64,000 nt of DNA from Candidatus Wallbacteria bacterium (lineage in GTDB: Bacteria > Muiribacteriota > UBA6191 > JACPRK01). Location of the stretch: positions 32,431 through 96,430 of the forward strand of contig JACQZN010000082.1 in assembly GCA_016213845.1 (NCBI GenBank). The letters are read 5' to 3'. Below are positions 51,908-60,226 of this stretch, one piece after another (position 1 is the first letter of the stretch; the number at the start of each line of letters is the position of its first letter). Made by a program: the position numbers and the translations under genes. Below the pieces are notes generated by a model that was given only the letters and a program-made list of their open reading frames with translations, did no database searches and was not told where the DNA came from.

Positions 51908-53190
51908 TCCGGACCGCGTACGCGGCGCAGCTCGTTTCCATCGGGGTGCACGGGATCGCCCTCCACAAGCTCAGGTCGCTGCTCACGATGCTCGGCATCA
52001 TCTTTGGGGTGGCTGCGGTGATCGCGATGCTGGCGATCGGCGAGGGCGCCCGGCAAGCGACGCTCAGGCAGATCGAGGCGTACGGTGCCGACACGCTCTA
52101 CGTCCGAGCCGCGAAGGTCATCGGGGACCAGCTCCGCGACGCCAAGCGGGCCGGCAGCGCCGGCCTCTCGCTGGCCGATGCCGCGCACCTGCGAGCTGCC
52201 TTCCCGTTCGTACTGGACGTGGCGCCGCAGGCGACCGTCGACGAGAAGGTCGTCTACGCCTCGCGTGAGCCGAAGGCGACGGTGGTCGGCATCGACCCGG
52301 CCTATCACCGCCTGACGAAGCAGCTCCCCGAGGCCGGCCGGCTGCTCTCTCAGTCCGACGTCGACGGCGCCCGGCGGGTGGCCGTACTTGGCCCCTCGGT
52401 GGCTCGCGCGCTGTTCCTGCATGAGCGGCCGCTGGGCCGGGCAGTGCGAATCGGCGCCGATCAGTTCGAAGTCGTCGGGGTGCTCGCCGGCCGCGCGGGC
52501 GCCGGCCCAGCGGCCGCCGAGGGCGGCGTGCAAATCCGCACGCGCGAGGTGGCTCGGGACGTCTACATCCCCATCACCGCCGCGCTGGAGGCCTTTCCGC
52601 GCATCCGGGACGCGGCCGACTCCGAGAAGGACCCGACCTACCACCGCGTTCGCGAGATGATCGTGCGCGTCGGCGGCACCGAGCTGCTGGAGCCCGCGCG
52701 CAGGGCCGTCACGAAGTCCCTGAGCCGGCGCCACCGGGGCCGCCAGGACTTCGAGGTGATCGTGCCGCTCGAGATCCTGGAACAGAGTCGAAAGACCCAG
52801 GACATCTTCAACCTCGTGATGGCCCTCATCGCCAGCCTCTCCCTGCTGGTCGGCGGGATCGGCATCATGAACATCATGCTGGCCAGCGTCACCGAGCGCA
52901 CGCGCGAGATCGGCATCCGACGCTCCCTGGGCGCCAGCCAGCAAGACATCATGGGGCAGTTTCTCGTGGAGGCCACGCTCATCAGCGCGGCCGGGGGACT
53001 GCTCGGCATCCTGGGCGGGTTCGCCATCTCACAGTCCGTGCACCTGGCGCTCGGCTGGGAGACCCGCATCACGCCGCTGTCGATCGTGCTTGCGGCGGGA
53101 GTCTCGTGCGCCGTCGGGCTGATCTTCGGCTTCTTTCCCGCGCGCCACGCCGCCCGGATGGACCCGATCACGGCGCTGAGGTACGAATGA
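51904..53190 (+). CDS. ABC transporter permease, MacB/FtsX family (4 TM with large periplasmic domain)
   Basis: An N-terminal TM helix is followed by a roughly 230-aa periplasmic domain and an FtsX-like C-terminal 3-TM bundle (GIMNIMLASVTERTREIGIRRSLGA). Confidence 0.85.
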   Translation: MIRTAYAAQLVSIGVHGIALHKLRSLLTMLGIIFGVAAVIAMLAIGEGARQATLRQIEAYGADTLYVRAAKVIGDQLRDAKRAGSAGLSLADAAHLRAAFPFVLDVAPQATVDEKVVYASREPKATVVGIDPAYHRLTKQLPEAGRLLSQSDVDGARRVAVLGPSVARALFLHERPLGRAVRIGADQFEVVGVLAGRAGAGPAAAEGGVQIRTREVARDVYIPITAALEAFPRIRDAADSEKDPTYHRVREMIVRVGGTELLEPARRAVTKSLSRRHRGRQDFEVIVPLEILEQSRKTQDIFNLVMALIASLSLLVGGIGIMNIMLASVTERTREIGIRRSLGASQQDIMGQFLVEATLISAAGGLLGILGGFAISQSVHLALGWETRITPLSIVLAAGVSCAVGLIFGFFPARHAARMDPITALRYE

Positions 53191-54509
53191 TGAACAAAGC
53201 TCGAACGGTCCGTACCACGCTGGCACTCCTGCTGCCGCTGGCCATAGCGCCCATTGCCGCGCGGGCCGAGACACTTGCGCAGTGCCTGACGACGGGCATC
53301 AAGGAGGGCCGGACCGCGCGTGGCCTCGGGGAGGAGCTGGGCCGCCAGCGCGCCGCCCTCGGAAGCGCGCGCTCGGAGTTCGATCCGCGTTTCACGGTCA
53401 GCCGGGACACCACCGACCGCAGCGTGATGCAGGTCTCCGACCGCTTCGCCAGCCAGACGGCCGTCAACGCCACGGTCACCGAGGACGGCTCGGGGGGGCG
53501 CTCCGAGCTGGTGAATCTCTCGCAGTCGCTCTTCGTCCACAACGCCATCGAGCTGGTCCGGGCCCGCGCGGCGTGGGCCATCGCGCAGCTCGAGTACGAG
53601 CTTGGCCTCGAGGAGTACAAGTTCTCGGTGGTGCGCAAGTTCTACGACGCCCTGCGGAGCCGGGAACGAGTCAAGACGCTCGAGGAGTCGGTGGAGCGAT
53701 GGAGTCGGGCACTCACCTTCGCCGAGGTGAAGTTCAAGCTCGGCGCTTCGAGCAAGATCGACGTGCTCAACACGCGCGTCAACCAGGGCAACGCGCAGAC
53801 GGCGCTCCTGGCAGAGCAGCAAGCCCTGGCCGGAGCCGCAGACGAGCTGGCCGATCTCATAGGCGTCGAGATGACGCGGGGCCTGACGCTGGAAGAGCCG
53901 ATCGACTTCTCCAAGGTGTCGACGGCGCCGGCCGGCTGGGAGCGCCGGGAGACCCGGATAGCCCGGGTCCGGCTGGACCTGGCGCGCGCCAATCTCCGCG
54001 ACGCTCGCCAGCGCTCCCGGCCCGACATCCGCCTGGACACCAGCTACCGCAGCTTCGCCAACAGCGCCTTCGTGCTGAACAACGTGGTGGTCCGCCCGTC
54101 CGACTCGGAGATCGTCGGCGCCGTCACGTACAACTTCCAGCTGGGCAAGCGCTCGGCCGATTTCGATCTCGACCGGCTCAAGCACGACCTGGAGAGCGCC
54201 CGCCTGGCGCTGGAGCAGCGGCAAGTCACCGTGGAGCGTGAGAAACGGGACATCCTGAGGTCGCTGGCGCTCAAGGAGCGGGCGATCGCCACAGCGCGGG
54301 AGAGCCTCGACATGGCGCGCGAGAGCTACGAGTTCAGTCTCGACGCCTTCCAGAAGGGCATCCTGAGCAGCCTCGATCTGCGCGATTCGCAGGACAAGCT
54401 GACGCAGGCGCGAGACAGCTACACGTCGCTGCTCATCGACTACAAGGTCGCGGGGCAGCAGTTCGTGAAGGTGATGGGCGGGACGCTCGGGGAGGCGCCG
54501 GCGAAGTGA
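53187..54509 (+). CDS. TolC-family outer membrane efflux protein
   Basis: MMNKARTV start overlapping the permease stop. A signal peptide is followed by two OEP repeats (…AQLEYELGLEEYKFSV…, …LEQRQVTVEREKRDIL…). Confidence 0.8.
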   Translation: MMNKARTVRTTLALLLPLAIAPIAARAETLAQCLTTGIKEGRTARGLGEELGRQRAALGSARSEFDPRFTVSRDTTDRSVMQVSDRFASQTAVNATVTEDGSGGRSELVNLSQSLFVHNAIELVRARAAWAIAQLEYELGLEEYKFSVVRKFYDALRSRERVKTLEESVERWSRALTFAEVKFKLGASSKIDVLNTRVNQGNAQTALLAEQQALAGAADELADLIGVEMTRGLTLEEPIDFSKVSTAPAGWERRETRIARVRLDLARANLRDARQRSRPDIRLDTSYRSFANSAFVLNNVVVRPSDSEIVGAVTYNFQLGKRSADFDLDRLKHDLESARLALEQRQVTVEREKRDILRSLALKERAIATARESLDMARESYEFSLDAFQKGILSSLDLRDSQDKLTQARDSYTSLLIDYKVAGQQFVKVMGGTLGEAPAK

Positions 54510-55921
54510 AACAGTGGCTCCTTTGGCTCTTCATCGCGGCCGTCCTTGGCGGTGTGGCGCTCGCCTGGAAGCGCCCGCAGGCGGCCCCCGCACCGCTCGC
54601 GGCACTCGGCTTCGAGCCGGCCGCGGGTGACCACGTGCTCCAGGTCGAAGCCGACGGCCTTGTCGCCTCCGAGGTCGAGCAGGACGTCGTCGTGCCTCCC
54701 GGGCTGGCCCAGCCGACCATCGAGTCGCTGGTCGACCAGGGGACAGAGGTGAAGAAAGGGGCCGTGGTGGCGACGCTGTCGACCTACGAGGCTCGGCTGC
54801 AGTTGATCTCGGCACGGGCGGCCCTGTCGGGTAAGCGGGCGGAGCTTGCGAAGCAGCAGCGCGAGGATGCCGTGAAAGTGGCCGAGCTGGCAGACACCCT
54901 CCGCCAGAAGCAGGCCAGGCTCGAGGCCGCCCGGGTCCTGGCCGGGCTGGCGAGCAAGGGGCCTGACCCATTGCAGGTGGAGAAGCTCGAGCTACGGCTG
55001 CGCTCGGCGCGGCGCGAGCTGTCGGACCTGGAGCGCAAGGCCGGCGTGCAGGCCGCGTTGAAGGGGAGGGGGTTCGCCAGCGGCCTGAAGGCGCGCGAAG
55101 CCTCGGATGCCGCGCAGCGCAAGCGCAAGGAGATCGCCAAGGATGAGAACCTCCTGGCCAAGGAGCGCGAGGGTGCAACAGCCGAGGAGCGTCGAAAGCT
55201 GGCCCTGGCAGTCGAGGCGCTCGTCAATGAGGTGGCGCTGGCCACCAAGGACCTCGAGGAACGCAGCGCCGTGCTCGGGCTGGAGCGCGAGAAGAAGAAG
55301 CTCGAGATTCGCTCAAAGGAGGAGGTGCTGGCCCAGAAGGAGCGCGCCATCGCCAGCGCGCGGTTGCTGGCGCCGATCGACGGGACCGTGATCCACAAGT
55401 CCAACTTCTGGAGCGACCAGCCCCACCAGGTCGGCAGCCAGGTGTGGGAGGGGGTGGCCATCCTCTCGGTGGCGAAGATGGGGCGCCCCAGGGCGCTGGT
55501 GATGGTCGGTGAACGGGCGATCGATCTCGTCAAGGAAGGACAACCCGCGGTGTTGCGTGTCTCGGCCGAGCCTGGCACGGCGCACCCGGGCAAGGTCCTG
55601 TCCGTCAGCCGGGTCAGCCGCTCACGCGAGGCCTCCGACGCCGCCGGCGCGAAGGACTTCGAGGTGACCGTCGCCTTCGGCGGTGAAGCCCGCCATCTCA
55701 AACCAAATCTGCCGGTGAAAGCCACGATCGAGGTCGGACGGCTCAGGGGAGTCTTCCGTGTGCCCAAGGAAGCGGTGTTCGAGGATCAGAAGTCGCGCGC
55801 GCTCACCGTGCACGCCGCCGGCATCGCCGAGCCGCTGCCCGTCACGGCCTCGGGTGAGGACCAGGACTGGTACTATCTGCAGTCTGGGCTGCCGCCGGGC
55901 GCCAGGCTGACCTTTGAATGA
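54506..55921 (+). CDS. HlyD-family membrane fusion protein (TM-anchored) with long coiled-coil
   Basis: N-terminal TM WLLWLFIAAVLGGVALAW, lipoyl half, and a roughly 200-aa coiled-coil. C-terminal barrel/MP domain ending ...RLTFE. Confidence 0.8.
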   Translation: MKQWLLWLFIAAVLGGVALAWKRPQAAPAPLAALGFEPAAGDHVLQVEADGLVASEVEQDVVVPPGLAQPTIESLVDQGTEVKKGAVVATLSTYEARLQLISARAALSGKRAELAKQQREDAVKVAELADTLRQKQARLEAARVLAGLASKGPDPLQVEKLELRLRSARRELSDLERKAGVQAALKGRGFASGLKAREASDAAQRKRKEIAKDENLLAKEREGATAEERRKLALAVEALVNEVALATKDLEERSAVLGLEREKKKLEIRSKEEVLAQKERAIASARLLAPIDGTVIHKSNFWSDQPHQVGSQVWEGVAILSVAKMGRPRALVMVGERAIDLVKEGQPAVLRVSAEPGTAHPGKVLSVSRVSRSREASDAAGAKDFEVTVAFGGEARHLKPNLPVKATIEVGRLRGVFRVPKEAVFEDQKSRALTVHAAGIAEPLPVTASGEDQDWYYLQSGLPPGARLTFE

Positions 55922-56010
55922 GGCTCGAGGCTCGAGAAGTGAGGCTCGAGGCTCGAGAAGTGAGGCTTGAGAAGTGAGGCTCGAGGCTCGAGAAGTGAGG
56001 CTCGAGGGGT
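55922..56010. repeat. Tandem GAGGCTCGAGGCTCGAGAAGT repeats immediately after the HlyD stop
   Basis: Same family as 46551-46703 and 59828-59860. Confidence 0.8.
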
Positions 56011-56212
56011 GAGGCTTCATCCGGTCTATGACCCACGGCCTGTCCGGCCGCGGCGGCGTGGAGCAGGGGCTCGAGGTCGCGCGTTGAAAAGGGGTCCTCG
56101 AGCACCGCCCACGGATTCTGCCGGAGACCCCTCCCATCTTTATGATTTCTTGATGGACTCGGGACCCGTTTTTTCCCGGCATTGAGGCGGGGGAATTGTA
56201 CCCTGATCCCTC

Positions 56213-58126
56213 ATGATCGAAACAGCGAGCGAGGGCACAGCGGACGGACCCCACGGCCATACCCAGGAGCACCCCACCGGCCGGCGTCTGTTCGGGCTCT
56301 GCATGGCTGCGCTAGGTGTCGTCTATGGCGACATCGGTACGAGCCCCCTCTATGCCGTGCGGGAGTGCTTCACCGGCCCCCACAAGGTCGATGTCGTGGC
56401 GTCGAACATCTTGGGCGTGTTGTCGCTCATCTTCTGGGCCCTGGTCCTCGTGGTTACCGTGAAGTATCACGTCTACGTCCTTCGAGCCGACAACCGGGGC
56501 GAGGGTGGGATCATGGCCCTGATGGCCCTCGTCCGGGGCAAGGTAGACGGGCGGGCCAGGACCGCGGTGCTCTGGCTCGGGCTCTTCGGAGCCGCCCTGC
56601 TCTATGCCGACGGCGTCCTCACCCCGGCGATCTCGGTGCTTGGAGCGATCGAGGGACTGGAGGTGCTCAATCCCCTGTTCGGCCAGTACGTCGTGCCGTT
56701 CAGCGTCGTCATCCTGATCGGGCTCTTCTTCTTCCAGAGCCGCGGAACGGCCGGTATTGGTGCCATTTTCGGGCCAGTGATCCTGGTGTGGTTCTCGACC
56801 CTGGCGCTGCTTGGCATCGCGAGCATTTCCCGGCATCCCTCGGTGCTTGCCGCGGTCGACCCTCGCCATGCCTGGCGCTTCTTCGCCGACAACGGGGTCC
56901 CGGGTTTCCTGGTGCTCGGCGCCGTCTTCCTCGTGGCGACTGGCGGAGAAGCGCTTTACGCGGACCTGGGCCACTTTGGTGAGCGTCCCATTCAGCTCGA
57001 CTGGTTCTGCTTGGTCGGACCTTCACTGCTGCTCAACTACTTTGGGCAGGGGGCGTTGTTGCTGTCCGAGCCGCAGGCCGCACAGAACCCGTTCTATCTG
57101 TTGGCTCCGGAGTGGGGCCGCTATCCCTTGCTGGTGCTGGCCACGATGGCCGCCATCATCGCGTCGCAGGCCATCATCTCCGGCGCGTTCTCGGTGACGC
57201 GTCAGGCGGTGCAGCTCGGCTACCTCCCGCGTGTCGCCGTCACTCACACTTCGGAGTCGCAGATCGGCCAGATTTACGTCCCAGCCGTCAACTGGCTGCT
57301 GATGGTGGCGACCATCGGCGTCGTGGTCGGCTTTCGAAGCTCGAGCAATGTGGCATCGGCCTACGGCGTGGCGCTGACCACCACGATGCTGATCACGACG
57401 TTGCTCGCGTTCGTCGTGACTCGACGGCTCTGGGGCTGGAGTCTCTGGCTCGCCGGGACCGTCACCGCGACGTTCATGGTGCTCGACCTGGCCTTCTTCG
57501 GAGCCACGATGGTGAAAGTGTTCGCTGGCGGCTGGTTCCCGCTGGCCGTGGGCGCCGCCATCCTCCTCGTCATGACAACCTGGCAACGCGGGAGGGAGCT
57601 GCTGGCAGAGAGGATCCAGGAGGGCATCGTGCCGCTCGAGGACTTCTTCGAGCTGATGCACGTCGAGCCGACGACCCGCGTTCCGGGGGCCGCCGTCTTC
57701 ATGGCGAGCAACCCCGAGGGGACGCCTCTGGCACTGATGAACAACTTCCTTCACAACCACACGGTCCATGAGCGGGTTGTGCTGCTGACCATCCAGACCG
57801 AGGAAGTGCCCTACGTCGACGAGGAGAAGCGTGTCACGGTGAAACCACTTCGGGACGGCTTCGTCCGCTTCATCGCCCGCTACGGCTTCATGGAGAGTCC
57901 GGACGTGATGGCTCTGCTGAAGCGCCAGGAGACACCGCTGCCCTCCCTCGAGTACACCACCTTCATCCTGGGCCACGAAACGGTGATCGCCGAAGGAGGG
58001 AGCTCGCTGTGGAGCTGGCGAGCAATCCTCTTTGCCTTCCTGTCCCGGAATGCGACCCGGCCCACCGCATACTTCAACATTCCGTCACGGCGCGTTCTGG
58101 AGATCGGCACGCAGATCTCGATCTGA
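56213..58126 (+). CDS. kup: Potassium uptake transporter Kup (KUP/HAK/KT family)
   Basis: GDIGTSPLY signature, 12 TM N-terminal domain, and a cytoplasmic C-terminal domain. Length 637 aa. Confidence 0.9.
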   Translation: MIETASEGTADGPHGHTQEHPTGRRLFGLCMAALGVVYGDIGTSPLYAVRECFTGPHKVDVVASNILGVLSLIFWALVLVVTVKYHVYVLRADNRGEGGIMALMALVRGKVDGRARTAVLWLGLFGAALLYADGVLTPAISVLGAIEGLEVLNPLFGQYVVPFSVVILIGLFFFQSRGTAGIGAIFGPVILVWFSTLALLGIASISRHPSVLAAVDPRHAWRFFADNGVPGFLVLGAVFLVATGGEALYADLGHFGERPIQLDWFCLVGPSLLLNYFGQGALLLSEPQAAQNPFYLLAPEWGRYPLLVLATMAAIIASQAIISGAFSVTRQAVQLGYLPRVAVTHTSESQIGQIYVPAVNWLLMVATIGVVVGFRSSSNVASAYGVALTTTMLITTLLAFVVTRRLWGWSLWLAGTVTATFMVLDLAFFGATMVKVFAGGWFPLAVGAAILLVMTTWQRGRELLAERIQEGIVPLEDFFELMHVEPTTRVPGAAVFMASNPEGTPLALMNNFLHNHTVHERVVLLTIQTEEVPYVDEEKRVTVKPLRDGFVRFIARYGFMESPDVMALLKRQETPLPSLEYTTFILGHETVIAEGGSSLWSWRAILFAFLSRNATRPTAYFNIPSRRVLEIGTQISI

Positions 58127-58240
58127 AGAGCGAACGGCGCTTGCCGGGTTCCGGTCTATCCTCTGGCGCCCTGTCTCTACTGGCGGCGCCGCGTCCGGCA
58201 CGAACCCTTCCTCGTTCGCGAGCTGGCGGACAGCCGACTC

Positions 58241-58624
58241 GTGGCCCTGTCGGCGGCCACCGGCCTTGCCATGCTCGTGCCGATCTTCGTGCAGGCGCCC
58301 GGGCAGGCCGAGGCGCTGTTCTCGGTGTTTGGCCTGATGCTGGCGGCGGGCGCGATGGCCAGCCTCTTCCTGGTGCTCCGGGGCGAGTACCGGCTGCGGC
58401 GGTTGCTCGCAGGGCCCGCCGAGAACATCGGGGCAGGCGCGCTGATGTTTCGCCCGGGGCAGGGCCTCTGCCCCATCTGTGCCGAGTCCGGAGCCGAGGC
58501 GACGCTTTGCTGCGCGAAGTGCGAGACGGCCTACCACGAAGCCTGCTGGGGCTACGCCGGCCAGTGCGCCGTCTACGGGTGTGGTGGCAAGGAGTCGAAG
58601 GCGGGCACGGGTCCCGTCGCCTGA
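58241..58624 (+). CDS. Small membrane protein with C-terminal Cys-rich zinc-ribbon-like domain
   Basis: GTG start. Two hydrophobic helices are followed by CPIC..x9..CCAKC..x4..H..C..x6..C..YGC. Confidence 0.4.
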   Translation: MALSAATGLAMLVPIFVQAPGQAEALFSVFGLMLAAGAMASLFLVLRGEYRLRRLLAGPAENIGAGALMFRPGQGLCPICAESGAEATLCCAKCETAYHEACWGYAGQCAVYGCGGKESKAGTGPVA

Positions 58625-59076
58625 GCTGCAAGTGAGCCGGCCCTCATCCGTGAGGTCCAGACGGACACTCGAACCCCGCGAGTCCGCTGGCAGGTGAGCA
58701 CCGACCACTCTTCACCCCGGAAGCCGGCCGACTCGGCAATCGAGCGGAGCGCGACGCAATCACCGTGAATGGTCGCCAAGACATTGGCGACGGCACAGGA
58801 CGACCGACTGCAAGCCGCTCCCCCGGTCGTACCATTGTCCACTTGCAGGGCGGCCTTCTCGATGAAGTTGGAGAGCCGCGCCAAGGGCCGCGACGCACCG
58901 GCCTTGGCTGGCCACGAGGGCGAGAGGGCCTCTCGCAGCCCCGTCGCGGGGACCCCGGAACCGGCGAGGATGATCGGGGCGCCGCGCTCGTTGGAGACGC
59001 TCGCGGGGGAAACGGAGACGATCTGCGGGACATCGGCAAGGGCGGTGCCGGAGGGCCCGCTCGGCAGCTCGAAGGT

Positions 59077-59409
59077 CTAGCCCCGCTGCCCGCCGCTGTC
59101 GTCGTCTCCGCCGAAGCGCAGGGTCTCGGAGCGCACCGTGTCGTAGACCATGGCGTGCGCTTGGAGGGGCGGCGGCGAGGTGCGCGGGGCGCGAAGGGTC
59201 CAGATCGCGCCGTCCCACTCTCGGGTCTCGTCGAGGCGAGCCTGGGACTCGAACACCGCAACGCCGCCGAAGAGCACGGTCTTTCGACGCGCTGCGTCGA
59301 AGGCCATCGCGTGGAGCTTGCGGGCCGGAGGGGAGAGCGGAGGCCACCGCTCGGTCCAGGCGGTCCCGTCCCACTCCCAGGTGTCCCCCGAGATGGCGAA
59401 CTCGCTCAC
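59077..59409 (-). pseudogene. Kelch-repeat gene fragment (two blades), probably a remnant
   Basis: GDTWEWDGTAW..PPAR..HAMAFD..RKTVLFGG and REWDGAIWT..P..HAMVYD..LRFGG repeat pattern in a 110-aa ORF lacking an N-terminal region. It is flanked by duplicated 31-bp segments at 58848 and 59501. Confidence 0.4.
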
Positions 59410-59649
59410 CGCTCCACCGAAAAGGATGACGCGCCCGCGGGCCGCGTCATGATTCCTTGACCGATCGCGGCGTCGTCGAAGACGTCGCCGAGCGGCGTCG
59501 CCTGAACGGCCTTGTCGATGAAGTTGGAGAGCCGCGCCGAGGCCCAGGCAAAGCCCTCCAGGAAGAGGCTGAAGCAGGCGGCGTAGCGGATGGGGAGCTG
59601 GGCCGGGTGCAGGTCCCGGCGATCGACATCACGGACTGAGGTCGGACGG

Positions 59650-59829
59650 CCAAGCAGAGTCTTCCGTGTGCCCAAGGAGGCGGTGTTCGACGATCAGAAG
59701 TCACGCGCGCTCACCGTCCACGCCGCCGGCCACTCGGAGCCGCTGCCCGTCACGGACGCGGGTGAGGATCAGGATTGGTACTACCTGCAACCTCCGCTGT
59801 CGCCGGGCACCAGGCTGACCTTTGAATGA
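59650..59829 (+). pseudogene. Diverged duplicate of the last about 57 codons of the HlyD gene at 54506-55921, including the downstream GAGGCTCGAGG repeat
   Basis: RVFRVPKEAVFDDQKSRALTVHAAGHSEPLPVTDAGEDQDWYYLQPPLSPGTRLTFE here versus GVFRVPKEAVFEDQKSRALTVHAAGIAEPLPVTASGEDQDWYYLQSGLPPGARLTFE at the native 3' end. There is no upstream coding context. Confidence 0.75.
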
Positions 59830-59883
59830 GGCTCGAGGGGTGAGGCTCGAGAGGCGGGCTTCCGCCACGGCGCGCACCGTAGA

Positions 59884-60123
59884 TTGAGGGGCGAGATGCG
59901 AGCGATTCTGGCTTGGGTTTGTCTCATCGTGGCGGTGCCGTGCTGCGTGATGGCGACGATGCTGGGCGGAATGTGGCTTGTGGAGAACGCCATCGGGGAG
60001 CATCCGGCCAGCGACAGCATGGAGCGCGACGACTGGTCTACGGAGCTGATGCGGGCGACGGGGCCGCTCGGGCTCGTGAGCCTGGCGGCCTGGGCACTCA
60101 TGCGCCGCGAGCGGCCCGGGTAG
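59884..60123 (+). CDS. Small two-TM membrane protein (hypothetical)
   Basis: Two hydrophobic helices (ILAWVCLIVAVPCCVMATMLGGMWLV; GPLGLVSLAAWALM). No recognisable motif. Confidence 0.35.
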   Translation: MRGEMRAILAWVCLIVAVPCCVMATMLGGMWLVENAIGEHPASDSMERDDWSTELMRATGPLGLVSLAAWALMRRERPG

Positions 60124-60226
60124 CACGGGTTGCCGAACCGGGGCCGGCCGCGTCATTACATGACCTTGGGCGGCCAGGCCGGGCGCCACTCAGTCCACCC
60201 GCGCCGCTCGTTCGCACCTCCCGATC

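Noticed and set aside
58573-58884. 103-aa minus ORF beginning ARLSNFIEKA (TTG) and a paralogous ARLSNFIDKA segment at 59406-59675
   Set aside because: Both lack credible starts or stops in context. The second is antisense to the duplicated HlyD fragment. I treat them as remnants within a degenerate region, not as genes.
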